64,000 bases of DNA from Gemmatimonadales bacterium (GTDB taxonomy: Bacteria > Gemmatimonadota > Gemmatimonadetes > Gemmatimonadales > Gemmatimonadaceae), in NCBI GenBank assembly GCA_038203945.1, contig JBBRDJ010000004.1, forward strand, positions 77-64,076, read 5' to 3'. This document shows, one piece after another, positions 19,140-27,743 of this stretch (positions within the stretch are counted from its first letter, which is position 1; each line of letters begins with the position of its first letter). The translations under genes were made by a program, and so were the position numbers. Below the pieces are notes generated by a model. It worked only from the letters and a program-made list of their open reading frames with translations. It ran no database searches and had not been told where the DNA came from.

Positions 19140-19876
19140 GCGTCTGCGTGGCGCTGCACGTTAAGGGATCGCACCCCAGGCTCATGCATCAATCGCAGCC
19201 CGTGGAAGCTGCGCGCGACGTTGAGCGGGTGGTTTCGACGTCGTCCCTCATTGCACGCTTTCGCTCCCTTGTACCTTCTCAGCCGACCACTCCTGTGACC
19301 GATACATCAACCAGCCAACAGCAGGAGTTCCACGATCTTGCGCTGCGCTGCCTACCCGATGTTACGCGCTATGCGCAGTCACTCACGCGTGACGTCACAA
19401 ATGCAGAAGATCTGGTGCAGGAGACCTACCTGCGCGCCTGGCGTCACTGGAACACATTCAAACCCGGCAGCGAGCCGCGCGCCTGGTTGTTCACCATTGC
19501 GCGAAACAGCTGGCGAAAGCGTGCGCCCCGCGACGCCCGGCTGGTCGCCGTCGAGGAGCAGAAACTGCAAGCGCTGTCTGATGCCGAATATCCACTTGGT
19601 GCATCAGCGGACACCACGCGGGCACTCACCGCGATTGACCTCGGACCAGCCATCACGCAAGCCATCAGTGCGCTGCCGGAGGCATTTCGCGAGGTGGTGC
19701 AGCTGGTGGAGTTGCAGGAGCTGCCGTACGCCGAGGCGGCTGAGATCCTGGAGATTCCCATCGGCACCGTACGGTCCCGATTATTTCGCGCTCGGCGATT
19801 GCTGCAGATTGCGCTGCTGGAGCACGCCAAAGATGCCGGACTGGTTGACGCGTCCGGGACGGAGCACGACCAATGA
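19136..19876 (+). CDS. ECF (group 4) sigma-70 family RNA polymerase sigma factor
   Basis: Region 2 (EDLVQETYLRAWRHWNTF..AWLFTIARNSWRKR) and region 4 (LPEAFREVVQLVELQELPYAEAAEILEIPIGTVRSRLFRARRLL). The start is either the GTG at 19136 (GTGA overlap with the TVP38 stop) or the ATG at 19184. Confidence 0.88.
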   Translation: MSVCVALHVKGSHPRLMHQSQPVEAARDVERVVSTSSLIARFRSLVPSQPTTPVTDTSTSQQQEFHDLALRCLPDVTRYAQSLTRDVTNAEDLVQETYLRAWRHWNTFKPGSEPRAWLFTIARNSWRKRAPRDARLVAVEEQKLQALSDAEYPLGASADTTRALTAIDLGPAITQAISALPEAFREVVQLVELQELPYAEAAEILEIPIGTVRSRLFRARRLLQIALLEHAKDAGLVDASGTEHDQ

Positions 19877-20160
19877 CCGGCGAGACACGTGCAACCACTG
19901 ACGACAGCGCCATAATGGATTGTGGCACCGCCGTTCGCATGCTCTGGGATTATCTCGACGGGAATCTTGGTGCGCGTGAAGTCGCGGCTATCCACGCGCA
20001 CGTAAATCGCTGCTCACACTGTTTTTCGCACGCCGACTTTGGACAGGTCGTCATCGATGCTGTCGCACAGGTCCGGCAATCGCAGGAGTTCGATGCGCCA
20101 ACAGGCTTGCGCGAGCGTGTGATCGCCCGGTTACGAGCCGAAGGCTATCAGGAGCCGTAG
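19873..20160 (+). CDS. Small cytoplasmic zinc-binding anti-sigma factor (ZAS, RsrA-like)
   Basis: 95 aa with no TM segment. H-x3-C-x2-C motif (HVNRCSHC) plus an N-terminal Cys (MDCGTAV). An ATGA overlap joins it to the sigma stop. Confidence 0.8.
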   Translation: MTGETRATTDDSAIMDCGTAVRMLWDYLDGNLGAREVAAIHAHVNRCSHCFSHADFGQVVIDAVAQVRQSQEFDAPTGLRERVIARLRAEGYQEP

Positions 20161-20258
20161 GGCACTGGCGGGCGGGATCGGCGAGATCCGGGTTCGCGGG
20201 GCGCGTCGTACATGTGGCATCCGGTGGTCGGACGCCCAAATCTTTTTCCGAGGCTTGC

Positions 20259-23111
20259 ATGTTTAGAATCAGCTCCTTACTGCTGTTCACCTCACTTGTT
20301 TCCCCCGCGCTCTCATCCGGCACAGCCATGGCACAGGAGGCAGCGCGCGTGAGCGGCGTGGTTCGCTCGGCCGTTGGACTGCCGCTGGCGGATGCTCAGG
20401 TCGTCTTCACCGGAAATGACGATCGTTCATTAGGCGCCACGGAGACCGATCGGGCCGGGGCATTCGCACTGCGCGTCAGTGCCGGTGCGAGCGGGTTTCT
20501 GGTCGTACGCGCAGTCGGTTTCGTTCCCGATTCGGTGCGTGTTGCGACTCTCAGCCCGGGTGAGGAGCGGCGTGTGGCGATGACGCTTCGCCCACTGGCG
20601 TCACTTGGCGTGGTCTCCGTGGTTGCGCCACGTCCGCGTCCATTGCTCAACACCGCCAACGCAGCCACCGGTGGTACCGTAGAACGCCTCGAACTGGAAC
20701 GGCTGCCCACCGATTCGCGTGACCCGATTGCATTGGCCTACACGATTCCGGGCGTTACCGCCGGCACCGGTTTTTTTGGTGATGCACCACGCCTGTCAAT
20801 CAATGGCGCCAACGCGCTCTACACGCAGTACTCGCTCGACGGGTTGGAGAACAACGAGGGCTTTCTTGGTGGCGCGCGTGTTGAGGTACCACTCTCCGCA
20901 TTGCAGCGATTCAGCGTGCTGGCCAATACGTATGGCGCCGAGTTCGGGCGTAGCTCTAATGGTGTGGTGAACATGGAGTCACGCGCTGGTGGTGCGACGT
21001 GGCAGGGTGAAGCTTTTTTCTATAATCGGCCAGGCTTGCCGATCGATGCGCGCGCGGCTGTCGTTCCGGCCGGACAGGATCCAGACGACTTCCGGCAGGC
21101 GCAGGAAGGATTCCGCCGCTCACAGCTGGGGCTCGCCGGTGGTGGTCCGATCAAAACAGATCGAACGTTTGTCTTTGGCGCGCTCGAATACACCAATGAA
21201 AACGAAGATCGTATTGCGTCCACTGCCAACACCACGTTTACGGGTCGTGAAGTGCGCGGTACGGTGAAGGGCTTTGCGCGGCTCGATCACGGCTGGTCGC
21301 CCACGCAAACCACCACGTTTCGTGTGGCCGCCAGCAGCGTCAATCGCGAGGGACGCGGCAGCGGCATTGTCGCTCCGGAAGCAGATATTGTCACCAAGCG
21401 TATTGGAACCGCATCGGCGCTGATTCATCGGTCGACATTGCGTGAAGGACGCGCCAATAATCAGTTCGCCGTGCAGTTGGGCACGTTCCGTTGGGACTTT
21501 CCCCCCGCGCAGAGCAGCTTCGATATTCCGCAAGTCACCATTCGCCAGGTGCAGGGGCAGGACACTTTATCGGTTGGTGTGGTGGGCAGCAGCAACTTTG
21601 TTTTTGACGAAAGCGAAACGCAGCTCCAGCTGCGCAACGTGTTTGAAACGTTGATTGGACAGCGGCATCAGCTTCGCATCGGCGGTGACGCGTGGCGTTC
21701 GCAGTTCCGTCTCACCGGATCACAAACCAATCCGTCTGGCTCGTATGTGGTGCTCAACGAAGGCAACATTCCACAGCGCGGCAACCGATTTGCGTTTGCC
21801 GATGTGCCCAATAATGTGCGCGTGCTGAGTTACACGGTTGACGCGGCGCAGAAGCAGGTAGACCTGTCGCAATCGTTGATTGGTGCATTTGTCGAAGACA
21901 TTTGGCGCTTGTCGCCGGTCCTCACGCTTACACTCGGTTTGCGATGGGATTTTGATGATCTTACGTCGCGCGGCGCGAGCAGCCCCGATCTGAACAACTG
22001 GCAGCCGCGCGCATCCATCAACTGGCTGGTTGGTCCCAGTTCGGTACTTCGCGCTGGCGCCGGACTATATGCGGGCAAGTTGCCGTACGCGGTATACTCC
22101 GACGCCATTCAGTTTGGACCCGATGGCAATCAGACGGTGACTTTCGACGGCACCAACGCGCCTGCCTATTTGCAGGGACCGCGCACGGCCACACTCAATC
22201 GTGATCAACTGCCGCCCGGAGAAATCCGTGAGCTCTTTGCACTCGGTCTCGAGCAACCAATGAGCCGTCAAGCCACCTTGGGCTGGCAGCAGCAGTTTGG
22301 CACGCGCTTCGCCCTCGGTGTTGATGCAGTGTATGTGGACACGCGCAATCTGCCGCGCTCATGGGATTTGAACGCGAGCACGCGTGGCATTGGCCCTACC
22401 GATACGATCAGCCTGGGTGTGAATACCGGTGACCAGTTCCGCCCGGTAGCGCCGGTTACCGGTGGATTCCGTCGTCGCACGACCACCGAAAGTGGCGGTG
22501 AGTCAACGTATGCCGGGCTTTACACCAACGCGCGCTGGAGTGCAGCGAACGCGTGGTTGATCGATGCCAACTGGGTGTGGTCGAGAGCGCGCAACAACAC
22601 CGAAGACATCAACTTCAACGCCACGCAGGGCAACGATTTTGACGCCGAGTGGGCGGATGCGATCAACGACCGTCGTCATCGGGTAGCCATGCGTGCCACG
22701 TGGACGGGCGCTGATCACTTTGCGCTCTCCGGTATTGTGGACTATCAGACGGGTCAGCCGATCAATCGCGTGGCATTCTTCCGCGATCTCGATGGCTCGG
22801 GCGATACGTTCGGTAACGGATTCCTCGGCAATCAGGACCGTTTCTTTGGTGTCCCGCGCAACGACGAGCGGTTGCCCGGTGCCGTCTTTACGAGCGCCAG
22901 TGCGTCGTACGAGTTGCGCGTGATCGGACAGGGCGTTGAGCTGCGTGCCGATGCGTTTAATCTGTTCAACAACACCAATCCAGGTGGCTACGCCAACGGC
23001 CTTCCAGGTGGCGGCAGCCGTACGCAGGTGGGTCGGCCAGGTGATGCGATCGTTGTGTCGGCCGTTGCACCGCCGCGTCAGCTCCAGTTTTCGGCGCGGT
23101 GGTTGTTTTGA
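20259..23111 (+). CDS. TonB-dependent receptor with N-terminal CarboxypepD_reg domain
   Basis: Signal peptide MFRISSLLLF.., a carboxypeptidase-regulatory-like fold (RVSGVVRSAVGLPLADAQVVF), a plug (ERLELERLPTDSRDPIALAYTIPGV), a large barrel, and a C-terminal ..FSARWLF. The supplied ORF starts at 20214. Confidence 0.9.
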   Translation: MFRISSLLLFTSLVSPALSSGTAMAQEAARVSGVVRSAVGLPLADAQVVFTGNDDRSLGATETDRAGAFALRVSAGASGFLVVRAVGFVPDSVRVATLSPGEERRVAMTLRPLASLGVVSVVAPRPRPLLNTANAATGGTVERLELERLPTDSRDPIALAYTIPGVTAGTGFFGDAPRLSINGANALYTQYSLDGLENNEGFLGGARVEVPLSALQRFSVLANTYGAEFGRSSNGVVNMESRAGGATWQGEAFFYNRPGLPIDARAAVVPAGQDPDDFRQAQEGFRRSQLGLAGGGPIKTDRTFVFGALEYTNENEDRIASTANTTFTGREVRGTVKGFARLDHGWSPTQTTTFRVAASSVNREGRGSGIVAPEADIVTKRIGTASALIHRSTLREGRANNQFAVQLGTFRWDFPPAQSSFDIPQVTIRQVQGQDTLSVGVVGSSNFVFDESETQLQLRNVFETLIGQRHQLRIGGDAWRSQFRLTGSQTNPSGSYVVLNEGNIPQRGNRFAFADVPNNVRVLSYTVDAAQKQVDLSQSLIGAFVEDIWRLSPVLTLTLGLRWDFDDLTSRGASSPDLNNWQPRASINWLVGPSSVLRAGAGLYAGKLPYAVYSDAIQFGPDGNQTVTFDGTNAPAYLQGPRTATLNRDQLPPGEIRELFALGLEQPMSRQATLGWQQQFGTRFALGVDAVYVDTRNLPRSWDLNASTRGIGPTDTISLGVNTGDQFRPVAPVTGGFRRRTTTESGGESTYAGLYTNARWSAANAWLIDANWVWSRARNNTEDINFNATQGNDFDAEWADAINDRRHRVAMRATWTGADHFALSGIVDYQTGQPINRVAFFRDLDGSGDTFGNGFLGNQDRFFGVPRNDERLPGAVFTSASASYELRVIGQGVELRADAFNLFNNTNPGGYANGLPGGGSRTQVGRPGDAIVVSAVAPPRQLQFSARWLF

Positions 23112-23195
23112 TTGACCGACGGTCCGGCGTGACGGTTGTTTTGACTGAGCGAGCGGGGTGGCGCGATGGTTGTTTTGCTTGAACGAGCAGTGCGA
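23099..23195 (+). repeat. About 33-bp direct repeat x3 that includes the last codons and stop of the TonB-dependent receptor gene
   Basis: ggttgttttga (23101-23111, encoding WLF-stop), ggttgttttga (23134-23144) and ggttgttttgc (23168-23178), each followed by similar (t/c)tga(c/a)cgagcg-like sequence. Confidence 0.75.
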
Positions 23196-23216
23196 CCCAG
23201 CACCGCGGCGCGTGCG

Positions 23217-24500
23217 ATGCGTGTGCGTGGTGCATCAAGACGGTGGACTGTGTGCATTGCGTCGTCCCTGACACTATTGATCGGCGCGTGCAGTGCTGGC
23301 GCTGATGATCGCACTCGAACCGACAGTGCGAACGAAGAAGTCGCAGTGTTGGCAACTATGCCATGGGACAGCGTGGTCGCACGCGCGCGTGGTACCACAG
23401 TAACGTGGCGCAAATGGCGCGGTGATCCGGCCATCAATGCGTACGTGGATGGGTGGATTGCGCCGAGGCTGCGTGAGCAATACGATATTCGCCTTGAAGC
23501 TGTGGATGCACAGGGTCCGGAAATTGTGAATCAGTTGGTGTTGGAGCGTGAGGCGGGGCGCGGGCGTGGATCGGCCAGTTTGCTTTGGATCAACGGCGAA
23601 ACGTTTGCGTCACTGCGAAGCGAGTCGCTGCTGGCGGGCCCGTGGTCGGGCGTGTTGCCCAACGCTGCCTTTATCGACAGCGCATCACCGATTATCTCGC
23701 GCGACTTTGAGCAGGACCCTCAAGGTTATGAAAGTCCCTGGGGCACGGTACAGTTTGCGCTGATTTATGACACGTTGCGCACGCCGTCACCGCCACGCAC
23801 AGCCAAAGAGTTGGCGGAGTGGATTCGTGTACATCCGGGACGCTTTACGCACGATCAGGGATTTGCCGGAATCACGTTGCTGAAGATGCTCATGTATGCG
23901 CAGGGCGGTGGTGTCAATGCATTTGCGGGCGGATTCACTGAAGAACGATACATGGCTGGACGCACCGCGCTGTTTGCGTATCTGGATTCGTTGCGCGGCA
24001 GCTTCTGGCGTAACGGCGAAACGTTTCCACCCGACGTCGCAGCCATGCACCGGCTGTTCGCCAACGCTGAGATTGATATGTCCATGTCAAACAATCAAAA
24101 CGACGTGGTCAACAAGATCAGGCGCGGTGAGTTACCCGCAACAGCGCGCGCGTTCGTGCTGCGTGACGGAACCATTGCCAACACGCACTATGTCGGCATC
24201 CCCTTTAACGCACCCAATCCGGCCGGCGCCATGGTGGTCGCCAACCTGCTCTTGTCACCGGAGGCACAGTACGAAAAGCAGCAACCCGGGGTGTGGGCCG
24301 ATGGCACGGTGCTCGATGTTTCGCGTGTACCGGCCCCGTGGGCGGAGCGCTTCGCGACATTGAGCGCCGACGCGCGCTCGATTCCACGGGATACACTGTC
24401 GCGTTACGCCGTACCCGAAGTCGCACCCGCATATCATGAGCGATTGAGCAGCGATTGGCGTGCGTGGGTTCGGGGCGGCTCGTTCGCCCGCGCACCCTGA
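23217..24500 (+). CDS. ABC transporter periplasmic substrate-binding lipoprotein, YnjB-like (COG4134-type)
   Basis: Lipobox LLIGAC. WRGDPAINAYVDGWI..LLWINGETF resembles my memory of the E. coli YnjB family. Start trimmed to the ATG at 23217. Confidence 0.8.
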   Translation: MRVRGASRRWTVCIASSLTLLIGACSAGADDRTRTDSANEEVAVLATMPWDSVVARARGTTVTWRKWRGDPAINAYVDGWIAPRLREQYDIRLEAVDAQGPEIVNQLVLEREAGRGRGSASLLWINGETFASLRSESLLAGPWSGVLPNAAFIDSASPIISRDFEQDPQGYESPWGTVQFALIYDTLRTPSPPRTAKELAEWIRVHPGRFTHDQGFAGITLLKMLMYAQGGGVNAFAGGFTEERYMAGRTALFAYLDSLRGSFWRNGETFPPDVAAMHRLFANAEIDMSMSNNQNDVVNKIRRGELPATARAFVLRDGTIANTHYVGIPFNAPNPAGAMVVANLLLSPEAQYEKQQPGVWADGTVLDVSRVPAPWAERFATLSADARSIPRDTLSRYAVPEVAPAYHERLSSDWRAWVRGGSFARAP

Positions 24501-24505
24501 AGTCC

Positions 24506-25450
24506 GTGCGGTCACTGCGGTCACTTCGATCACGGCGCTTTCGGCGTTCACTGCCGTCGCGGCGATCACTGTTCGCGGCCGGACCGCTTTGGATTGCCGT
24601 GCTCGTAGCGCTGCCCGTATTCTTTGGTATCGTGTACTCAACGTTGGCACTGTTCGGCATGGTTGGTGCAGGCGCGTCGGCGTCGCCGGATACAACACGA
24701 CTTGTGGCTGTATTCAGCGATACGAGCACGTGGCGTGGACTGGGTTGGTCGGTGTACGTGGCCACGATCAGCACCGCACTGGCCACAATTGGTGCGGCAG
24801 TGATCGCGATGCTCTTTGCGCCGAACAATCGCCTCAACTCGGTGGCCCGTGCCGTGGCGACGTTGCCGTTACCTGTACCGCACCTGGTGGCCGCAGCCAC
24901 GGCGCTGTTTGTCCTCAGCCAAAGCGGTCTGTTGGCGCGATTGCTGTTCGCAGCAGGCGTGATTGATGTACCGGCGCAGATGGTTCCGCTCGTGTATGAT
25001 CGCCTCGGGGTGGGACTCATTGTTGCATTGGCCTGGAAGGAGCTGCCGTTTTTGGCCGTGGTCGCCATCGCGTTGCGCGGCGCGCAATCGAGAGAGCTGC
25101 TGGAGGCGGCCCGAACACTGGGTGCGTCGTCGTGGCGTGTGGCGCGCGACATTACCTGGCCACTGCTTTGGCGCGGACTGATGCCCGCTGTGGTGGCCAC
25201 GTTTGTGTTTGCGTTTGGCAGCTACGAATCGGCGGTGTTGCTCGCGGCCATTGATCCCGCGCCGTTGCCAGTGCTCACGATGGAACGCTTTGCTGATCCC
25301 GCGCTCGCCCGGAGAGGTGAGGCGTATGGACTGGCTTTGCTGGCGCTGGTCGTGGCCGCACTGGCGGTGGCCGCACACGAATACACGCGTGCCCGATGGA
25401 GTTCGTTTACCAGCGCGGCGGGCAATAGCCGTGGTGGATCTCACGCGTGA
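24506..25450 (+). CDS. ABC transporter permease (YnjC-like, N-terminal half equivalent)
   Basis: Six hydrophobic segments. The EAA-like loop is ELLEAARTLGASSWRVARDITWP. The likely start is the GTG at 24506, 6 nt after the SBP stop; the supplied ORF begins at TTG 24455, inside the SBP gene. Confidence 0.82.
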   Translation: MRSLRSLRSRRFRRSLPSRRSLFAAGPLWIAVLVALPVFFGIVYSTLALFGMVGAGASASPDTTRLVAVFSDTSTWRGLGWSVYVATISTALATIGAAVIAMLFAPNNRLNSVARAVATLPLPVPHLVAAATALFVLSQSGLLARLLFAAGVIDVPAQMVPLVYDRLGVGLIVALAWKELPFLAVVAIALRGAQSRELLEAARTLGASSWRVARDITWPLLWRGLMPAVVATFVFAFGSYESAVLLAAIDPAPLPVLTMERFADPALARRGEAYGLALLALVVAALAVAAHEYTRARWSSFTSAAGNSRGGSHA

Positions 25451-25475
25451 GTACGTACCGGAGCGGGCAACACCG

Positions 25476-26297
25476 ATGCTGACCGCAAACCCCAACGGTG
25501 TGCGCCAATCAATGCGCTCGGTTGGCCTGCGTGTTGTTCTCCTCACGCTGCTTGGCATCTCTACGTTCGTACCATTCGCGATATTGGTGCTGCAGTCGTT
25601 CAGCGCCGGTTGGCGCTGGCCGAGTGTGCTGCCTCCTGCCTACACCGCCGATGGATGGCGCGCGCTCGGCCATAGCACACTGGGAGGTGCGGCGTTTACC
25701 AGTACGCTGCTCGCCGTGGCCACCGCAGCCTGCGCCACCGCGTTGGGCGTGCCCGTTGGTCGCGCGCTGGCACGGCTCTCGGGCCCCGTGCGGCACATTG
25801 CGGCAGCGCTGGTATTTTTGCCGGTGGCTGCACCACCCATTGCACTCGGTGCCGGACTGCAAGTGGGCACACTCTGGCTGGGACTGGGTGGCACCGCCGT
25901 GGGCGTGTGGCTGGCGCACTGCGTTCCGGCCATTGGTTATGTCTCCCTGCTCATGCTGGGGGTGTTTACCACGCGTGAAACGGCCGACGAGGAAGCCGCG
26001 CGCACGCTCGGTGCCAGTTCGTGGCAAACCTGGCGGCTGGTGATTCTTCCCACGATACGCACACCGATCACCGAAGCGCTGGCCATTGCGTTTCTGATCT
26101 CGTGGGCACAGGTCGCGCTCACGCTGGTGGTTGGGGGCGGTGCCGTGCGCGCGCTGCCCATTGAGGTGTTGTCGCTCGTGCGTGCGGGACAGGATCGCGA
26201 CGCGGCCGTAGGTGCGATTCTGCTGGTGCTGCCCGCCGTGCTCGCCCTGGCCGCACTCCGAACCGGCTCCCGTCGCACCGATGCCCTTCCCGCCTGA
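25476..26297 (+). CDS. ABC transporter permease (YnjC-like, C-terminal half equivalent)
   Basis: Trimmed to the ATG at 25476 (MLTANPNGVRQSMRSVGLRVVLL..). The EAA-like loop is DEEAARTLGASSWQTWRLVILP. Six TM segments. Confidence 0.82.
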   Translation: MLTANPNGVRQSMRSVGLRVVLLTLLGISTFVPFAILVLQSFSAGWRWPSVLPPAYTADGWRALGHSTLGGAAFTSTLLAVATAACATALGVPVGRALARLSGPVRHIAAALVFLPVAAPPIALGAGLQVGTLWLGLGGTAVGVWLAHCVPAIGYVSLLMLGVFTTRETADEEAARTLGASSWQTWRLVILPTIRTPITEALAIAFLISWAQVALTLVVGGGAVRALPIEVLSLVRAGQDRDAAVGAILLVLPAVLALAALRTGSRRTDALPA

Positions 26298-26313
26298 GGC
26301 GCCGAGGGCGACC

Positions 26314-27735
26314 ATGTACAGCGTGACGACCTCACCGCAACATTCGCGCGCATCAGCGCCCAGCACGCGCACGGACAACACGTTGCCCACGGGCAGCACG
26401 CCCGTGCTGCAGCTCGATGGGATGCACGTGCCGTTTGCCGAGCGCGCGCAGGAGCAGGCACAGGCGCAGCGGCAGCCGCGCGCACAGACACAGGCGCAGG
26501 CACACGCGCAAGCGCACGCTGAGGAAACGCTGCACACAAACTCTTCGCCGTCCGCCGACAACGGCTTGCGAGATGTGTCCCTGTCTTTGGCGACCGGCGA
26601 ACGCGTGGTGTTGCTCGGACCGTCGGGCGAAGGCAAAACCACATTGCTGCGCGCCATAGCTGGATTGTCAGCTGTCTCGCGCGGCACCGTGCGAGTGAAC
26701 GGCCGCGACGTGACAGCGCTGGCACCAGAACAGCGCGACGCCGTGTATCTGCATCAGGTGCCGGTACTGTTTCCGCACTTGTCCGTTCTTGACAACGTGT
26801 CTTTCCCCATGACCGTGCGTGGCGTGGCGCGAAGCGAGCGTTTACGCGTCGCACAATCACTGCTCGAACGGCTGCATCTGGGAGCATTGGGGAATCGCTT
26901 GCCGCACATGCTGAGCGGTGGACAACGACACCGCGTCGCATTGGCGCGTGCACTGGCCGCGCAGCCTCACGTACTGTTGCTCGACGAACCACTATCGGCA
27001 CTCGATCCCGCGCTGCGACGGGATGTACGCGATGCAATCCGTGAGGCGCACAACGACAGCTCAGCCGGCCTGCTGCTTGTCACGCACGATCTCGACGATG
27101 CCACAACACTCGGCGATCGCATCGCGATCATGCTCGATCGCACATTGGTGCAGATTGCGCCGGCCAGCGAACTGTTTGCGCGACCGGCGTCGTTGGCGGT
27201 GATGCGATTTCTGGGAGTACATCAGGAGCTGCAGGGCACCATGCAGCACAAGCACTCGGTCGGTACGGCGCTGGGTGAGCTGGTGCTGCCGAGCGATGTG
27301 GCCGCACAGCTCGCGGGAGCGACTCGTGTAACGGTTGGCATACGCACGGACGCGTTGCGCTGCGAACCGGTGTCCACGCTGCAAGGAGGGTATCAGCAGC
27401 CGTCGTCGCCATGGCAATTGTCGCCGTCGCAATCACAATCACCAGCGCCGCAATCGCAATCGCCGGCGTCGCAATCGAAATCACCGCCGTCGCAATCGCA
27501 ATCACCAGCGTCGCAATCGCAATCACCAGCGTCGCAATTGCAATCGCCGCCGTCGCCGTTGCAGCTACCGGCACGTGTCGAGCAAGTGCACGCCCGCTCC
27601 AGCGGCAGCACCGCCAGTGTGCGGGTCGGAGACATTGTAGTGCAGGCGCTGATCAATCCACTGTCTGCACCTGCTGTTCACGACACCGTCACGCTCACGA
27701 TCGACGCACGTGGCATCATCGCCTTTCGGGCCTAG
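26314..27735 (+). CDS. ABC transporter ATP-binding protein (YnjD-like) with two low-complexity insertions
   Basis: Walker A GPSGEGKTT, signature LSGGQRHRVALARAL, Walker B LLLDEPLSALD, and a C-terminal TOBE-like domain. There is a Q/A-rich insert before Walker A and an S/P/Q repeat in the C-terminal domain. Start trimmed to the ATG at 26314. Confidence 0.88.
   Translation: MYSVTTSPQHSRASAPSTRTDNTLPTGSTPVLQLDGMHVPFAERAQEQAQAQRQPRAQTQAQAHAQAHAEETLHTNSSPSADNGLRDVSLSLATGERVVLLGPSGEGKTTLLRAIAGLSAVSRGTVRVNGRDVTALAPEQRDAVYLHQVPVLFPHLSVLDNVSFPMTVRGVARSERLRVAQSLLERLHLGALGNRLPHMLSGGQRHRVALARALAAQPHVLLLDEPLSALDPALRRDVRDAIREAHNDSSAGLLLVTHDLDDATTLGDRIAIMLDRTLVQIAPASELFARPASLAVMRFLGVHQELQGTMQHKHSVGTALGELVLPSDVAAQLAGATRVTVGIRTDALRCEPVSTLQGGYQQPSSPWQLSPSQSQSPAPQSQSPASQSKSPPSQSQSPASQSQSPASQLQSPPSPLQLPARVEQVHARSSGSTASVRVGDIVVQALINPLSAPAVHDTVTLTIDARGIIAFRA
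26446..26520 (+). repeat. Degenerate 6-bp (GCR CAG) repeat encoding AQEQAQAQRQPRAQTQAQAHAQAHA
   Basis: Read directly. It is in-frame within the ATPase N-terminal region. Confidence 0.8.
27421..27564 (+). repeat. 21-bp tandem repeat x7 encoding SP(A/P/S)SQSQ heptapeptides
   Basis: tcaccagcgtcgcaatcgcaa-type units repeated 7 times with point variants. It is in-frame inside the ATPase C-terminal domain. Confidence 0.9.
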
Positions 27736-27743
27736 AGCGCAAC

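Noticed and set aside
20161-20258. A riboswitch (cobalamin or TPP) upstream of the TonB-dependent receptor, or of the YnjB-like SBP at 23112-23216.
   Set aside because: I could not find a B12-box-like or TPP (ctgaga...) core, and both leaders are short. This cannot be excluded without an Infernal/Rfam scan.
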